A DNA stretch of 64,000 nucleotides. Origin: Octopus vulgaris (lineage: Eukaryota). Under the pieces are notes generated by a model that saw nothing but the letters and a program-made list of their open reading frames with translations, ran no database searches and was not told where the DNA came from. Made by a program: the position numbers and the translations under genes. The DNA lies in NCBI GenBank assembly GCA_951406725.2, contig OX597815.1, positions 55,738,001 through 55,802,000 of the forward strand, given 5' to 3'. Below are positions 13,273 through 27,036 of this stretch, piece by piece (position 1 is the stretch's first letter; every line of letters begins with the position of its first letter).

Positions 13273-13434
13273 GACGAGCTTCTTTCAGCTTCCGTCTACC
13301 ATATCCACTCACAAGGCTTTGGTCGGCCCGAGGCTATAGTAGAAGACACTTGCCCAAGGTGCCACGCAGTGGGACAGAACCCTGAACAATGTGGTTGGTA
13401 AGTAAGCTACTCACCACACAGCTACTCCTACGCC
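12968..13434 (-). mobile_element. SINE family A
   Basis: Colinear with 7563-7953, with expanded (CA)n(TA)n. Confidence 0.9.
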
Positions 13435-13751
13435 TATAAGATTAGTTCAAATATGCTTTAAAAAGATGTTTGCTTATGGTAGAAAGGTGTAAAGACAACA
13501 TTATCAGCTCAAAGCTCCTTCTGTGGACTGCTAGATGCACATTTCTGGTTCTTTTCCGTCTTAGTAGCAGATACCAAAGACAGGGCACCCTGTGCAAACA
13601 AAAAACCTTAGCATTATAATAAATCAAGAAATACAAATTTCAGATTTGCGCTTGTAGACCGCCCAGTCTGATGAAATACATAAATAGCAACGCGAGGCAA
13701 TGATAGAGAACAAATATACACGCACATATACATATATATCAGATACACACT

Positions 13752-13884
<133 letters not shown>

Positions 13885-14659
13885 AAATATTTATATCCAT
13901 TTGTCCGCTCTACTTGTTACCTAGTTTCTTGTAAATATTACGCTGTACGATTGCTAATTAAATTATTTTGGCAGATGTCAAACTAAACACTGATTTCCAA
14001 ACCAAAAGTTTAACCTAGATTAATCACAGTCGAGCTAATACGAAACAAACCCTCTAATTTCGAGAAATTTAAAAGATTTAAAATTTGCCAAGCGCATTTT
14101 CAATCGGTAAGATTATTTTCACCACTCAGAAAGTTTAATGCGAATAATAATGTAATAACGAAACAGCTGTCAATGTGAGTGTCAAAGCACAGACATTTAT
14201 ATATCATGAAAAGAAAAAAAAATGGAGAAAATAAGAAGTAAAACAACAAAAATGTGTTGTATAGGACAAAATATTTATCAAACAGCATCTTCAAAGTACC
14301 TAAATATAAACAATTATCTGAAGAAAAAAAATGCTTGAAAACAAATAACGTTTCAGTGTGAGAGTTTTAAGCTCTGCGTCAACTAGTCTTCATAATGTCA
14401 ATGATTGTATTGACTCGGTGCCCTTTTAATTTTAATTTCAACAGACAACAAAAGTTTGAATCCTCTCAGTGACGATGAAGTCATTTTATTCTACAGCTTT
14501 GTTTTAAGTGTTACTTAGTATTTATGTCATGCAACTAGTAGTTATTCTCTCTTAAAACTAACAATTGGCTGAGAAATAACAATATTAGTGACGGTTTAAA
14601 AGTCTGATAATTTGACGAGATAGGATGCTTTCAGCTCTAGAACTCATAGCTAAAGATAT

Positions 14660-14777
14660 TCTTTTCTACTCTAGGCACAAGGCCAGAATTTTGGGGGAAG
14701 GGGGCCAGTCGATTAGATCCGAAAGGATGAAAGGTAAAGTCGATCTCGGCGAAATTTGAACTGAGAACGTAAAGACA
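14660..14777 (-). mobile_element. SINE family B fragment
   Basis: ggcacaaggcc..gtcgattaga..gaaaggatgaaaggtaaagtcgatctcggcg..aactgagaacgtaa. Confidence 0.7.
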
Positions 14778-15251
14778 ACGTGAGTTCAAATCTCACTTCT
14801 GGCAGATTATTTTGCTGGAAGTTGTGGCATGCTCATGTAATTCAGCTACTCAGAAGTTTAGTTGTTACACCAGTTTGAGGACAAGAATACTGGTAGTCGA
14901 TCTTCTATGGTGATCAAGTGTCTGCGCGAAGATCTGCATCAATATGGTGCTGGCAAGGGAGCCCATCAGAACCAGTTTGTATAAAGAGGGTCGATTCAGC
15001 CCAAGGTTGAAATGCAGGAGGTTAAATACCCCATGTCAAGCAGTTGCCTGTTCGATACAATTGAACTCTCAACCTTTTTTGAAAATAGGCGCAGGCGTGA
15101 CTGTGTGGTAAGGAAACCACGTTGGCAAGTGTCTTCTACCATAAACTCAGGCTGACCAAAGCCTTGTGAGCAGACTTGGTCGGAAACTGAAAGAAACCCG
15201 TCGTATATATATATACGACGGGTTTTCTTATATATATATATATATATATAT

Positions 15252-15688
15252 ATCTTATAATTAAGGGCTAAAGAAGGTTATTCTAAAGACAATACACTGA
15301 TTTATCCACTTATAATCCACTTGTTACAGGAAAAATTGAACTGAAAGCGGGCAACTAACATGTGAGTATCTTATTTATATTCCCTCGTAAGCTCTACTGA
15401 AGAAGAATGTATCCTTTATAGGGATTAATTCCGAAATTGGTTCAATATAGAGATAACGAAATTTAAATTTTCTAAAGGTTAGTTGCCCGCTTTCAGTTCA
15501 ATTTTTCCTGTAACAAGTGGATTATAAGTGGATAAATCAATGTATTGGCTTTAGAATAACCTTCTTTAGCCCTTAATTATAAGATGTTTATACTTCAACC
15601 GTAAAGGTTTTTTTAATATACTGCCACGCTTTTTGATGGAATCCTTTTCTGTAGAGAAAGAGACTTCATCCTATATTGTTAGTAGTAT
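15252..15688 (+). mobile_element. Short Penelope-like/retrozyme-like insertion with 108-bp inverted arms and an internal hammerhead
   Basis: 15252-15359 is the reverse complement of 15478-15585; ~100-bp 3' extension; (TA)n on both sides. Confidence 0.75.
15392..15452 (+). ncRNA. Type I hammerhead ribozyme motif
   Basis: ctcta-CTGAAGA-a-gaat[..atcc..ggat..]attc-c-GAAA-ttg-gtt-caa-TA-tagag: stem I ctcta/tagag, stem III ttg/caa, AUA triplet; A.C mismatch at the base of stem II. Confidence 0.75.
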
Positions 15689-16699
15689 GTATATATATAT
15701 ATATATATTTGTGTGTGGTGTGTGTAGGTGTGTGTGTGTTTCTGTGTTTGTCCCACATAACAACCGATGTTCGTTTGTTTATGTCCTCCTAACTTAGAGG
15801 TTTGCCAAAAGAAGCCGATAGAATAAGTACCAAGTTTTACAAAAATAAATACTGGCGTCTACTCGTTCGAATAAAACTCTTCAAAGTAGTGTCTCAGTAT
15901 AGCTGCAGTCTAATGACGGAAACAAATAAAAGAGAAAAAATGCCGGCATTCAACTGAACAAATAACGTTCACTGAGATGGTGAAAGTAAGGCTCTGAAGG
16001 AATATAATTCATGTGTGACATTGTATATGCGGGAAGTGGACATATAAGGGATCCACGACTTAAGAAATCCAAAGAGAAGCTAAATTTATACAAGCCAACA
16101 CAAATGACAGGTGTAAAACAAGTATACGCTAAAAATGAATTTCAGACATAATGAAGATAGCACATTTATCTGTTACCTTCCACCTTCTGTGAGAGGTTCA
16201 AGGCATTCATAAAGTGCCATTCACATTCGAATATTTTAGGATTATAGAAATATTAAAAAGAGCAAGAGAAAGAAATAGAGATAAGTGTAAAGAAAGAGAA
16301 AAAAAAGAAATCAGCAAGAAATAGAAAGAGGAAAATATCGTTGATTATTAAAGTTCTCGGGATACTATATTCATTCATAAACTTGTATTTAAAAATGCTA
16401 ATGCTTTGAAACGCTCACTTTGCAACACAATGCTAAAACGAAAAAAATGAAGAGGATGAAAGAGAACAAAATAGAGCAAAAAGTGAAAGAAAAGGTTTAC
16501 AGGAAGTAGCTGCGATGAATAATTACAGAAAGAAAGAAAAACAATAATAGAGAGAACGAAAGAGAACGCGTAGGAATGTAAGAAATAAGCCATAGAAATA
16601 AACACCTTGAAATTAAAAATTTGGAGGAAGTGAATATTTTACTCTGTGCAAACCAGTGCAGAGAATATCAATTTTAAGTCAAATAGTCATTAATTTGGA

Positions 16700-17330
16700 A
16701 TGGCATCAATAACTTTTCTGGTCAGTTATGATGACAAACTAAGATTATAATCCGAAATTATCGTGCCTGTAAGCAGGCACAACGGAAGTAAGAATGGACA
16801 GAGGGATCTATCAAAATGATTGGTTTTTCTTTTGCGAAATATGAATGGCCATGAAACAGATTTAGGAAAGTTATTATTTTAGTTTTTAGAGAATTAGCTT
16901 TAAAAATAACTGTTGATAGTGCTCTTACGACAGTTAACGTTTTAGAAATAACCTCAGACTCCAACTTATAACAAACCTAAAAAGAAGTTAATATTAATCA
17001 GGTTTAATTACCCACCTAACGACCAATCTAATTTACTTCCCAAAGTAGATGAATATCATCTTTAATTTCAAACGAAATCTCTTTTTCAAAGGATTTACAT
17101 TTCTACCATAAATTTCTTAACCATAGTGAATAAGACACATATCTGGGCTTTTATCTTCCAGAGACGTAGTAGCAGAACTAGAAAAATTCTGTAGGATCCT
17201 CTCATTTTCAGTTGCCTGAATAAATATAGCCAATTTTGTCCCAACTTATTATACTTGGTAACATATTATAAAAATCTTTAGTAGTAATTCTGTCAAATTG
17301 TTCTACTCTTGTTCTACTAATACCAGACGT
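16700..17330 (+). mobile_element. Highly decayed Penelope-like RT/linker remnant
   Basis: Broken motifs resembling RLINP, KPN..NYPP, RTRKI..PPFS..NI and NSVKLFYSC in PLE order. Confidence 0.4.
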
Positions 17331-20089
17331 CTGCCAAAAGATGCTCGATCCAGAGTCGCATATACTTGCAACTGTATGAACTCAGTAACTGCTAGCGCAA
17401 CAGAAACTACTTTGCACGTCCTTTAGTATACTACACCAAGATGGAATTGAATGATGGAACTGAACCAAAATTCTTAGTCGGAACGATGGTGAATAATTTG
17501 AATGAGACTTAACATTATTTCCATAAACACACCTAAGCAGGAGATTTTCAACAGGTCTGACCAAGTACATTTGAAGATTGAGAAAAGCTTGTAACAATAC
17601 TTTAACTGAACTTTTTTTTATCAAATCTCTCATTATCTTATCCCCCACTGCATTCCGTCTAGCAATGTCTGATACAAGTACTTCTTTGTGTCCCTTTTCA
17701 AGATCTAGTAAGCTAGTAGAATGACTGTTTATATTTGGTCATATTACTGTAATATTTAATTTTTCTATCTTCTCTGTTTTGTTAATTCTTTCTCAGTTTT
17801 TTTTTCATTTCTTTTTCTTTTAATATTTCTTTTTGTTATTAGGCAATAAAAACATCAGCTTCAAATCCATTTTTTACAGAATATGTGTTCAGATTTATAT
17901 AGTAGAAATAATATGAAAGTAAATCAAGCTAAAGCTGAACTAAGAATAAGAAAAAAAAAGACAAAAGCAAAAATTGTTGCATCTTTTTATCCACTCTCTC
18001 CTACTCTTTCTTTTATTTTTCTTTGTTACAGTTTTATGATTTTGTGGTCCCTTTTGAGATGCCGTTTACCATATCTTTATCCCTTCCTTATAGACCATAT
18101 CGTAATTTTTTATATATATTTATTCAAAATTTTATGAGTGTATATAATTTGGGTTTTGAGATATAAATTTGGTAGTATCAACTTTATTTAATATTAGAGG
18201 TTATAAAAAATATTCGAAGTTATAAACATACCGCATATCTATTCTAAATTGTTTAATTAATTTATTTTTGATATTATATTTCTTTTGGTTTATATTTGCA
18301 TGTTGTTACTTTGCACCAGTAAGCAATGAACTAAATGAACGACAAAAATAGTGTTCACAAGATTTTATTGATCAAAAATATTTTAAAATATATCATCGGC
18401 TTCTATTTTCTTTTGAGTCTTCTTTTAAAGAACTGTATCCAGACACGCTTGATATCAACGAATAGGAATTGGGGATCTTCTCTGCTGAGATTTTCTAACC
18501 ATGAAATACCTGGAATTTTATATAATATACTTATATAATGATCCTACTGCAACATTAAAATATGTTTCAAGCTTAATGCTATAAACTCAAATCATAACAA
18601 AAATATCATGCTAAAAATATCACCAAACATTTAAAAAGCCAACACGAGTTAGAGCCAAATCAATTTCGTCTTGTTTTGTTTGTTCCCAGACTGCAGAAAA
18701 TTTTTTTCTCGCAATATATTTATTGGATTAAGGTTTTATGAACAGTTTTTGTTGGTTTGAAACAATTACTACCACTCTGACTATCCACTAGTACGAAACC
18801 AGGTTATACCGGAAAGCGAATAATTTGTTCCCACTGAGAAATATAGAAAAGAAAACATATTACTCTTATTATCCACATTACATAAAAATATTTTCACGTA
18901 TAACTTTTAATAATAATCAGCCATACATTTAAAGTCATCACGAGTAGTAATGTTGTCCCAAAAATATTTAAAAATTGACACAATTGCTTAATATTTCTAC
19001 AGACAACATTACTCAAAACGAACGAAGCGTATTCTTTATAACAGAAAAAAGTTCTTTTGATATTACATTTCACCTGAATGGAGGTGAAACTTTTACTAGA
19101 TCTAAATTATTTAAGTAAAATCAGATGTTAACAAGCATTTTGACTTGCGAGACACTCAATATAATGCTTAACAAATACAAAAATTGGTATTTTGGGTTAT
19201 TTTTGAGGGTTTCAACTGTCTATGTTATGCACTGATATGAATAAATGACAGCTGCAGGAGAAATCACGACTGAGAATTCGAACGGAAATAGTTCATTTAT
19301 CTACGAGAATTGTTTTCAGTATCATTCTTTCATTGTTTTCTTTTTATATATTTAAGTCAAAGGAAAAGGCGTAACATCCATGACGTTGTTGTAGAACCTC
19401 GGAGATGAAAAGAGGATTAAACAAAAAATCATGTGTTATCTTCAATTCGTAAACTTACTTTGAATGTCTGTAACAGATTATGCCAAAGGGGCTAGTTGAG
19501 ATATAAAACAAGGCGATGGATTAAGTCTAAGATATTGATTATATAATTTGTTTAATATTAGAAGACAGTTGTTGTTAGCGCCAGTTCAACTATAATCAGG
19601 CAGACCAATAGTCAAAGCAATCTTGTCTTTATTTCAGACACAATGTATCTGCGATTACATTACGCAATATATTCTTAAGATAATATTTTAAAGATAAAAG
19701 AATTTGATTTAAGTGAGATTTAATTGCAATAAAGGCCTCTATTGTTGATTTGTAGGTACTCGGTCAAGCTATTAGGTGCGATTTATAGAAACAGCACCTA
19801 CGCCTGTGTCTACACCTAATCTAGGTGCAAACAGGCAGAGTTTATCGTATAAGATGCAGAGTTTCAACCTCTGGATTGTGATGGAGGTTGCTATAGCGGT
19901 ACAGAATATATTCAGTTGGACTGCGATATTTTCTGTTTGTCTGCATTTATTTCTGGCTATTTGCATCCAAGAACTGTCTGAGCTAAATTATATCATTAAT
20001 GCTGCTGTTTTTATAAATAAAAGCAGAAAAGTCAGCCTCCTGGCGGTTTTCTACTACTTATTATTGTAAGGATATGCACTATGTGTTTA

Positions 20090-20175
20090 TTATATTATAT
20101 TATATTGTATTATATTATATTATATTATATTATATTATATTATATTATATTATATTATATTATATTATATTATAT

Positions 20176-20237
<62 letters not shown>
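20090..20237. repeat. (TATAT)n(TA)n microsatellite
   Basis: Read directly. Confidence 0.95.
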
Positions 20238-20240
<3 letters not shown>

Positions 20241-20248
20241 TATATATA

Positions 20249-20500
20249 TCTCGCTATATATAAAGCTGAAGTTGTCTGTGTATGGCAGGTTTGGTAGCCT
20301 TCAACTAACATTATCGCCTCCGAGACCCTGCGGCGCAAGTTGACCAAAATTGAGAGTATGATAGAAGAAGGCTTGCTCTTCCTTCCGTAGAAGAAAAAAT
20401 TGAAATCGGACCATGTTAATACCAAAAATTATTTACATCAAAAAGGTGCTTTTTTTCTATGAAAATCCCTATTTCTTACGATGTTTTGACTGCTGTGTCG
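20249..20500 (+). mobile_element. Helitron-like 5' terminus
   Basis: tc(tc)gctatatataaagctgaagttgtctgtgt..ttgaccaaaattg..aaatcggacca, typical of non-autonomous Helitron 5' ends. Confidence 0.55.
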
Positions 20501-20639
20501 CAGTCAACTGGCAGCTAGACCAAAAAAGCCAGCCCCAAAACACAGAAAAAAGCCTATGCAGACAGGGTACAACAACGCCACAAGAACTAACATCCAGTAG
20601 AAAGCAAGCCTAAAACGCAAGGGATTGATATTGGAATCC

Positions 20640-21500
20640 ACCCATACGAGATATTTCACCCCACAAAATACATAGGAGATATGGTTCAGAAAGGGTTCTT
20701 ATAAAACTCGTAAAAGTTCACTAACGATCATCCCGGACGAAAATTTCCAGTGATTGTTCTCTAATAAAAACACCAAACTGAGGACCAACAACAATTTGTA
20801 CTCAGTCTTGGAAGGCATTCCTTATAAGCTTTTCTGACATACAATGAGATCACAGCTGCAAAGTTGTTATCACGTTGACATCCAAGAAGGTTGGAATACA
20901 GTATAGAAAAGAAGAAACACTTTGATTGTTCGAACATGAAAACACTACAACAAATCAGTATTTACAGAGTGTATTAGAAACGTTTATTAGGATTGATATA
21001 ACTTGCAAAGGAATCGTAAACAAGACTGAGAAATGGTGGAAGCATATGAATGAAATAAAAGCTGCGAATTCGCAGGATTCTAGCCATGGGGAGCAGAAAT
21101 CGTTCATCATTCATTATTTGGCTATGAGTGATACTGAATTTGCAGTTCATGAAGGATTTGTAGCTGTTGTTGATTGTTTCTTAAGGATAGAGACTGAATT
21201 AGCTAGACTATTATGGAAACACTGACTTATTCTTATCAAAGTGTGTCGTAGATGGAGTTATGATAATGCTGCCAACATGCCTGACAAGTACAATGGTGCC
21301 AAACGACACATCCATACTGCCGATTCATTATGCATTTATTCTCCATGTGCCCGCCATTCACTAGCTATGTGGAATAGATTTCCTATCTTGTTGCTTATAG
21401 ACAAATAGGGTTTGTCCTTATTTGTTCTTTTTTTTTAGTACTGCAAGCAATTTACCATTTGTTTTCTTCGAGTATTCAGCGCTGATCTCTTCTGAACCTC
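20640..21500 (+). mobile_element. hAT (ZMYM1/Tip100-like) transposase remnant
   Basis: DSSHGEQKSFIIHY..EGFVAVVDC (ORF 20926-21225), then SYDNAANMPDKYNGA and IYSPCARHSL (CxxH). Confidence 0.75.
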
Positions 21501-21989
21501 TCTCCAAACTGAAAGAAGTAAATGGTGTAATGAAATACATGTCGTCCTCCGTTTGCATCTTTATGTTATTGATGACTGAGTTTAGTCTACATTACTGAAT
21601 TTACGGAATTTACGTAAATAAAAATTATTTATAAATATTTATTTACATAAATTTACATAAATTTATTTACATAAATAAAAAAAAAGGAAGTTTCAGATTT
21701 TTGCGGATACGTGAATTTGCGTGAATTTGTTGTATAGGTTACAGTTTTTTTTTAATGTTGATCTAGCAGATGTTTTAACATTACTACGTTATTCACGGTG
21801 ATTTCTTACCCTTCACAACGTCCAGGGAAGCAGTTTTGTTTGTATGTGCGTGTGCACACGGTCGTCTGTGTGCATGATACAACACTCTTCATAAATAAGA
21901 CCCATGGTACCAGTATGGAATGTTATATTTGGGTTATTCTGTAAGAAATAGACAAATTCCATCGAATAGATATCATTGGCGAAAGCAGA

Positions 21990-23060
21990 TCAGGTCATGA
22001 AGAACATGAGATGAAAAATCTCCTTTGACAAAATAATAATCCAACCTCTGTAAAACACTATAACTTAAGAACAAGAGTTCGCTCTCTCACCCAAATTAAA
22101 AAGACCTTGAGAAGTTTTTGAATCAAGAAACTAACACCCCTTCCAGAACTTCCATAGAACTGGTATGAAGAAAATTAAGAATAGCAATAACGTGATCATA
22201 TTTCAGGCAAGACTATTAATCTATATGAAGTATATCCCATTAGATATTAACAAGAACTTAATGATAATATTTACAAAAGTAACAAAGAATACTTAAAAAA
22301 TTTTTTAAGAAAATAGTAGACAAACTTAGACATATTGAAGACAATCAGATTGGATAATGGGTCGAATATCTTCCTGTACCAGAGGCTTGTATTCAGTAAA
22401 AAATTTTAAAAAGATGATTTCTCCATTTACTATATTTATAGACAAATAAACCAATAAATCCAACTAAGACATATGTAGGATAAATTAACAAGAATATTAT
22501 ACTAAAGATTTATGATGAAATTAAGGAAGTGTCTAATTTTCAACAGTGAACCAATACTAACATAATTATCATCCTTAATCCTCCAAATAAGACAAAATAT
22601 GTTATAAGTTTTGTAATGAAATCGATTTATAACTGGTGTTGTATGCTCGAAAGAACTTTGCTATTTGACATGGATTATGCTTGTATGAAAGAATTCCAAC
22701 AATACAGGCACCTTCAACGTATCTTTTGTACTATAAGGCAAATATACGCGATCTATTTGGTTATATCTACTAGACGTTCTGAAAGAAAAACGCTAATCCA
22801 ATATTAACTAATACAGGGACGATGGTTTCGCTGAAACTTTCGATAAATGTAGAAAAGAACTTGTTATCACCTTCAATCATGTAGGACTGACCATGACTAC
22901 AAACATATATAAAGAGGGACTTAATCTACACATCTAAATTTTAAGAAGCTAATTAAAACATTAGTATAAGGATATTTAACCTCTCTACTTGAAAAAAGAT
23001 CTTTGATAGAACAACACTTTAGGAAAGTTCTCAACGATTCAAGGAATCATTGACCTATAT
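21990..23060 (+). mobile_element. Decayed Penelope-like RT remnant
   Basis: KNMR*K (cf. KRMRWK) near 22000, INPTKTYVG*INKNII near 22455, YRDDG at 22813. Confidence 0.5.
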
Positions 23061-23399
23061 TTGCTTTTATCTTTAAGAAAAAATAGGAAGGAACCTAGAT
23101 GGTTCTGTTATTAGAACAGAGGCTTTGTGAGTGACTTTGTCAAGCATCAAACTCAAGAGATGCATCCCAGCATGAAAATTTTGTACACAGAAGATATCAG
23201 CAATGCATTCCTCTTTGACGAAATTAGGGATAGAAACGGCCCAAAACTTTTAAAATATGGCTTTATTAAAAAAAAGACCTTAGTTGAAATAAAAAAATCT
23301 GGTAATAGAAATTTTTACAGAAACATCTTATAATGTTTATATACTGTGTTTATATACTCGTTGTAGACCAGAAGGAAGTTTATTCTATTTTCACAAGCT

Positions 23400-23740
23400 T
23401 TGGAAACAAGTAACTAGAATGTTCTTCCTTGATGTTCTTGTGTAACTTCAAAGGCATTCCTGATTAGTCAATTGCTTGGCAAAGATTGTTATCATAGAAG
23501 TACAACTATTTAGTAGTGTCTCTGATATTACGACCATACTACTTCTTGGGAGCCGTACAGCACATTCAACTTTCAAACACTTCTTGGATTTGGGTACCTA
23601 TTTCCAGCATTGCCAAGAATTCGGAAACCGATCAAGTTCCATGACAAATGATTGTCATAGAAGAATGCATTATGGCTAATAAGAAATTGTATTTATAAAA
23701 CTTTGGAGAGAAAGATTTCCTTCTAAAACTAATGGCGGAA
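23400..23740 (+). mobile_element. Helitron PIF1-helicase remnant
   Basis: FFLD (Walker A region) near 23421, TILLLGSRTAHSTFK (cf. ATLLPGGRTAHSTFK), MIVIEEC (cf. IIWDEC). Confidence 0.7.
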
Positions 23741-23930
23741 CAGACCCACCTGTTATAGTCACAGTGGTTATAAGACAGCCGAACTGATAACGAAGTTGTT
23801 ATTTAGGCGAAAGATGATCAGGTAGATCAATGATGAAAGCATTTCAGAAGTGACTAATCGTATTGCCCTTCCCTTTGATAGTTTAATAAAGCGATTGAAT
23901 GAAAATAGATTGATCAAATAAGCTAAAGGT

Positions 23931-24097
23931 TACCGTATACAGTTTTACAAACTAAGGACGTTATATAGACCTCCTTGACTCAAGTTAGAGAAGGGGTGCG
24001 TATTATACACAAGGTTTAGGTTTTTCAGAGGTACAGCCCCTTAAAAATCCCCTGCGTATTATACTCAAGGGCGGACTATACTCGAGGATTTACAGTA
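23931..24097. mobile_element. Tc1/pogo-type MITE remnant
   Basis: taccgta left end; right end tatactcgaggatttacagta with repeated tgcgtattatac motifs. Confidence 0.55.
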
Positions 24098-24251
24098 TAT
24101 ATTTTAAATAATTTATTAGCCATAGCTAAATTTTTAGATTTTTCTTATTTTTTTCTTTAATGTAAGTAATATAAGTGACAGGTATGATGTTCTGTAAGTG
24201 GCAGGTATAATGTAATATATTTATGTATTTGCAAATCGCAATAACGATGTA

Positions 24252-24975
24252 AGATCTTTTCTGGAAATTTTAAAGTTTAGTGAAAATTTTGAAATTAAAT
24301 ATATTGATGTATTTTTCCACATTGAATCTCAGGAGATAATTCACTTTTTTCAGAAAATTTTATTTAAAAAGCTAAAGAGGTTTAAAGTTTAATGATTTTT
24401 ACCCAGTCAGAAAGCAGGAGTTGGAAGCTGTCATTTTGTGCGTGACAGTACGTGTTGTCAACTGCTAACAAATGAAATATTGGCGGAATTCTGCTTTATG
24501 CACGCCATATAACCTCTCAGGATTTTTTATTTTTGGGGTATTTTCAGAAAATTTTCGCGAAATTTTATTCTACACACCAGAATTCATGCGATTATGCAAC
24601 CCACGCCCGCAAAAAAAATTCGTGCGTGACTTAAGGCCTATTTAGATATTATTTTTAGCATATCTCATGATTACCTCATACTGCATGTGTTTTAAGCGTT
24701 TAATAAGTGGTAAAAAGAACACTGGTAAGCAGCTTAGTGACAGCTTGGCTTGTTGGTATGGAAACAGGTACCTATATGTCTGTGGCTCTTGACTAGCCAA
24801 AATTACCCAAAATTTGCAAACTTTGTAAGCTTTGTAACTCTTTATTTATTGATTTATGTCGAAAATGAATTCCATGCCAATGGTTACTTTACAAAACTAC
24901 ACTAATACGCCAAATATGAAATCAATTAAAATAGCAATTAAAAAAATTGAAAAGTGGCAGCCAAACGAAAGATCC
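24252..24975. mobile_element. Non-autonomous DNA element with (G)GATCT...AGATCC termini
   Basis: agatcttt / aaagatcc ends; flanks acgatgta / atgaggta (6/8 match); similar to 621-1162. Confidence 0.55.
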
Positions 24976-25093
24976 ATGAGGTATCTTTTATTGTTATGAT
25001 AAATGCTATGTTTAGGGTAGATAATTATGATTAACATCACGAATTCGCAAATAAGCTGTGATTCAAAGATCTGCATATTACTTATGTATCATA

Positions 25094-25292
25094 GGGCGGC
25101 GAGTTGGCAGAAACGTTAGCACGCCGAGCGAAATGCGTAGCCGTATTTCGTCTGCCGTTACGTTCTGAGTTCAAATTGCCTTTCTTCTTTTCGGGGTCGA
25201 TAAATTAAGTACCAGTTACGCACTGGGATCGATATAATCGACTTAATCCGTTTGTCTGTCCTTGTTTGTCCTCTCTGTGGGCAGTAAAGAAA
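25094..25292 (+). mobile_element. SINE family B
   Basis: ggcggcgagttggcagaaacgttagcacgcc..gagttcaaat..ggggtcgataaattaagtaccag. Confidence 0.9.
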
Positions 25293-25643
25293 TAATTATT
25301 TAGGTATCAGAATAAATGTCACTTGTTAAAGGAAAATAATTTGTGATTCAATTTTGATGATATGAGTAAATAACTGTGATATGAAATATTTTAATTGAAA
25401 GACACAAGAGTAATATTTTGAGGCGTTAATAGAAGTTTTCTTGATAGTATAAACAGAGTATAAAAATAACATCTCAAGTTTATATGTATAACACATACAC
25501 ATAGATTTGCACACACACACACACGTACGCACACACACACTTTGTTGATATATTTAAAAAAACGAAGGCATGATATAACAACAGTGTAAAGATATACAAG
25601 TATATCAGAAAAGTGTTTAGGTTTACAATAAGACAAGTGAGAA

Positions 25644-25674
<31 letters not shown>

Positions 25675-26977
25675 GAGGGAGAGGGGGAGAGGGAGGGAGA
25701 GAGAGGGAGAAAGAATGAGAGCGACATAAAGAAAGAAATAGAATGAGAAGTTTACTTTCCATATGGTATAAACCTTTCTAAATACGTGGGAAGCTGAGAA
25801 TACTTAAGATGGCAATGCCCACTAGCTTTGCTTGTTTACCCCACGAAAATGTAGTAAATATTGGATATTACTTGATTTTTGTTTCGTTATCCGATGTATG
25901 TATAATTTAACTGAAAGTTAATGAAACAAAGAAACATTCATCAACTACTCATCTTCCTCCTGCTGACAAATATCTGTGATGTCTTCTCACATCCCCATTA
26001 ACAAGTAAGTGGACTAAGACTGCAGCATCAAAGTGTTACGGTCATCATCGTCAACCAACAGGAATATTTGTCGACTGTATAAATAGTAAAGACATACATG
26101 CACACACACGCGGATACGCGCGCGCTCACGCACGCACACACACACACACACACACACTTGTTATTTTCTACTTTTGCCCTCTGTATCTCTACATTCATTC
26201 ACACAAACATACACATGCACACATTTGCTTATATCTAGCAATACTAGAAGCCATTTACAAAATCATTTTTGTTATTTCACAGTTATTGTCTTACATTCTT
26301 ACACGTGCAGCTGCTTAATTTATAAAATAGGACCAGTATAAACATTTATAAGTCCCCATGGAAGTGTATAAGTAGTCTCTATTATTAGCAATGAATTATG
26401 CTGGCTTTGAGCCAATTTTGAAGACATCATTTCTGATCCAATTACCACAATCAACGAGCAACCACTGGAATTCGACTTACTATAAATATTGTTATTGTTA
26501 TTCATGTTGAGGTTGTTAATGTAATTCTACTTTTTGATTTATCGACTATTAAATAGCAAGACGAAGCTTATGACTCAAGATATTATATTCGCCAGTACTT
26601 CTCAAATATTTCACTTTCTGGCGCATTTTTGTCTTCCTTCCTGCTTCTCTCTCTTCACTTTCTTCCCAAGCTCCAGTTTCCGTTTTCATTCTTTGTTCTT
26701 TTTCGCACAACTTAGTTGCAATACGAGAACACAATTTACACAAACCAAATTTCCAAGTAGCTTCTTCATAATAATTAATATCTCATTGTTAAATCTAAAT
26801 AAATAAATATAAATGACTTTAAAACCAAAGTAATTGTTATGATATTTCTTATCACTTCACGTGATTTATATATATCCTTTTCAAGAAATAGCATACGTCC
26901 TAATAAAAAGCAACTGCTCTATAATTCGCGTTGTATATGTATATACCTACAGATTTGAAAACATACATGTGTGTGTA

Positions 26978-27036
<59 letters not shown>

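Larger units (their letters stand above)
15088..15935 (+). mobile_element. SINE family A, degenerate, interrupted in its TA tract by a ~440-bp fold-back insertion
   Basis: Head ggcgcaggcgtgactgtgtggtaag at 15088; the body resumes after 15690 (ccgatagaataagtac..gcagtctaatgacggaaacaa). Confidence 0.8.

Noticed and set aside
25930-26500. Possible host exon or enhancer (aagtaagt donor-like site, E-boxes cacgtg/cagctg)
   Set aside because: No recognisable reading frame or acceptor; such short motifs are expected by chance.
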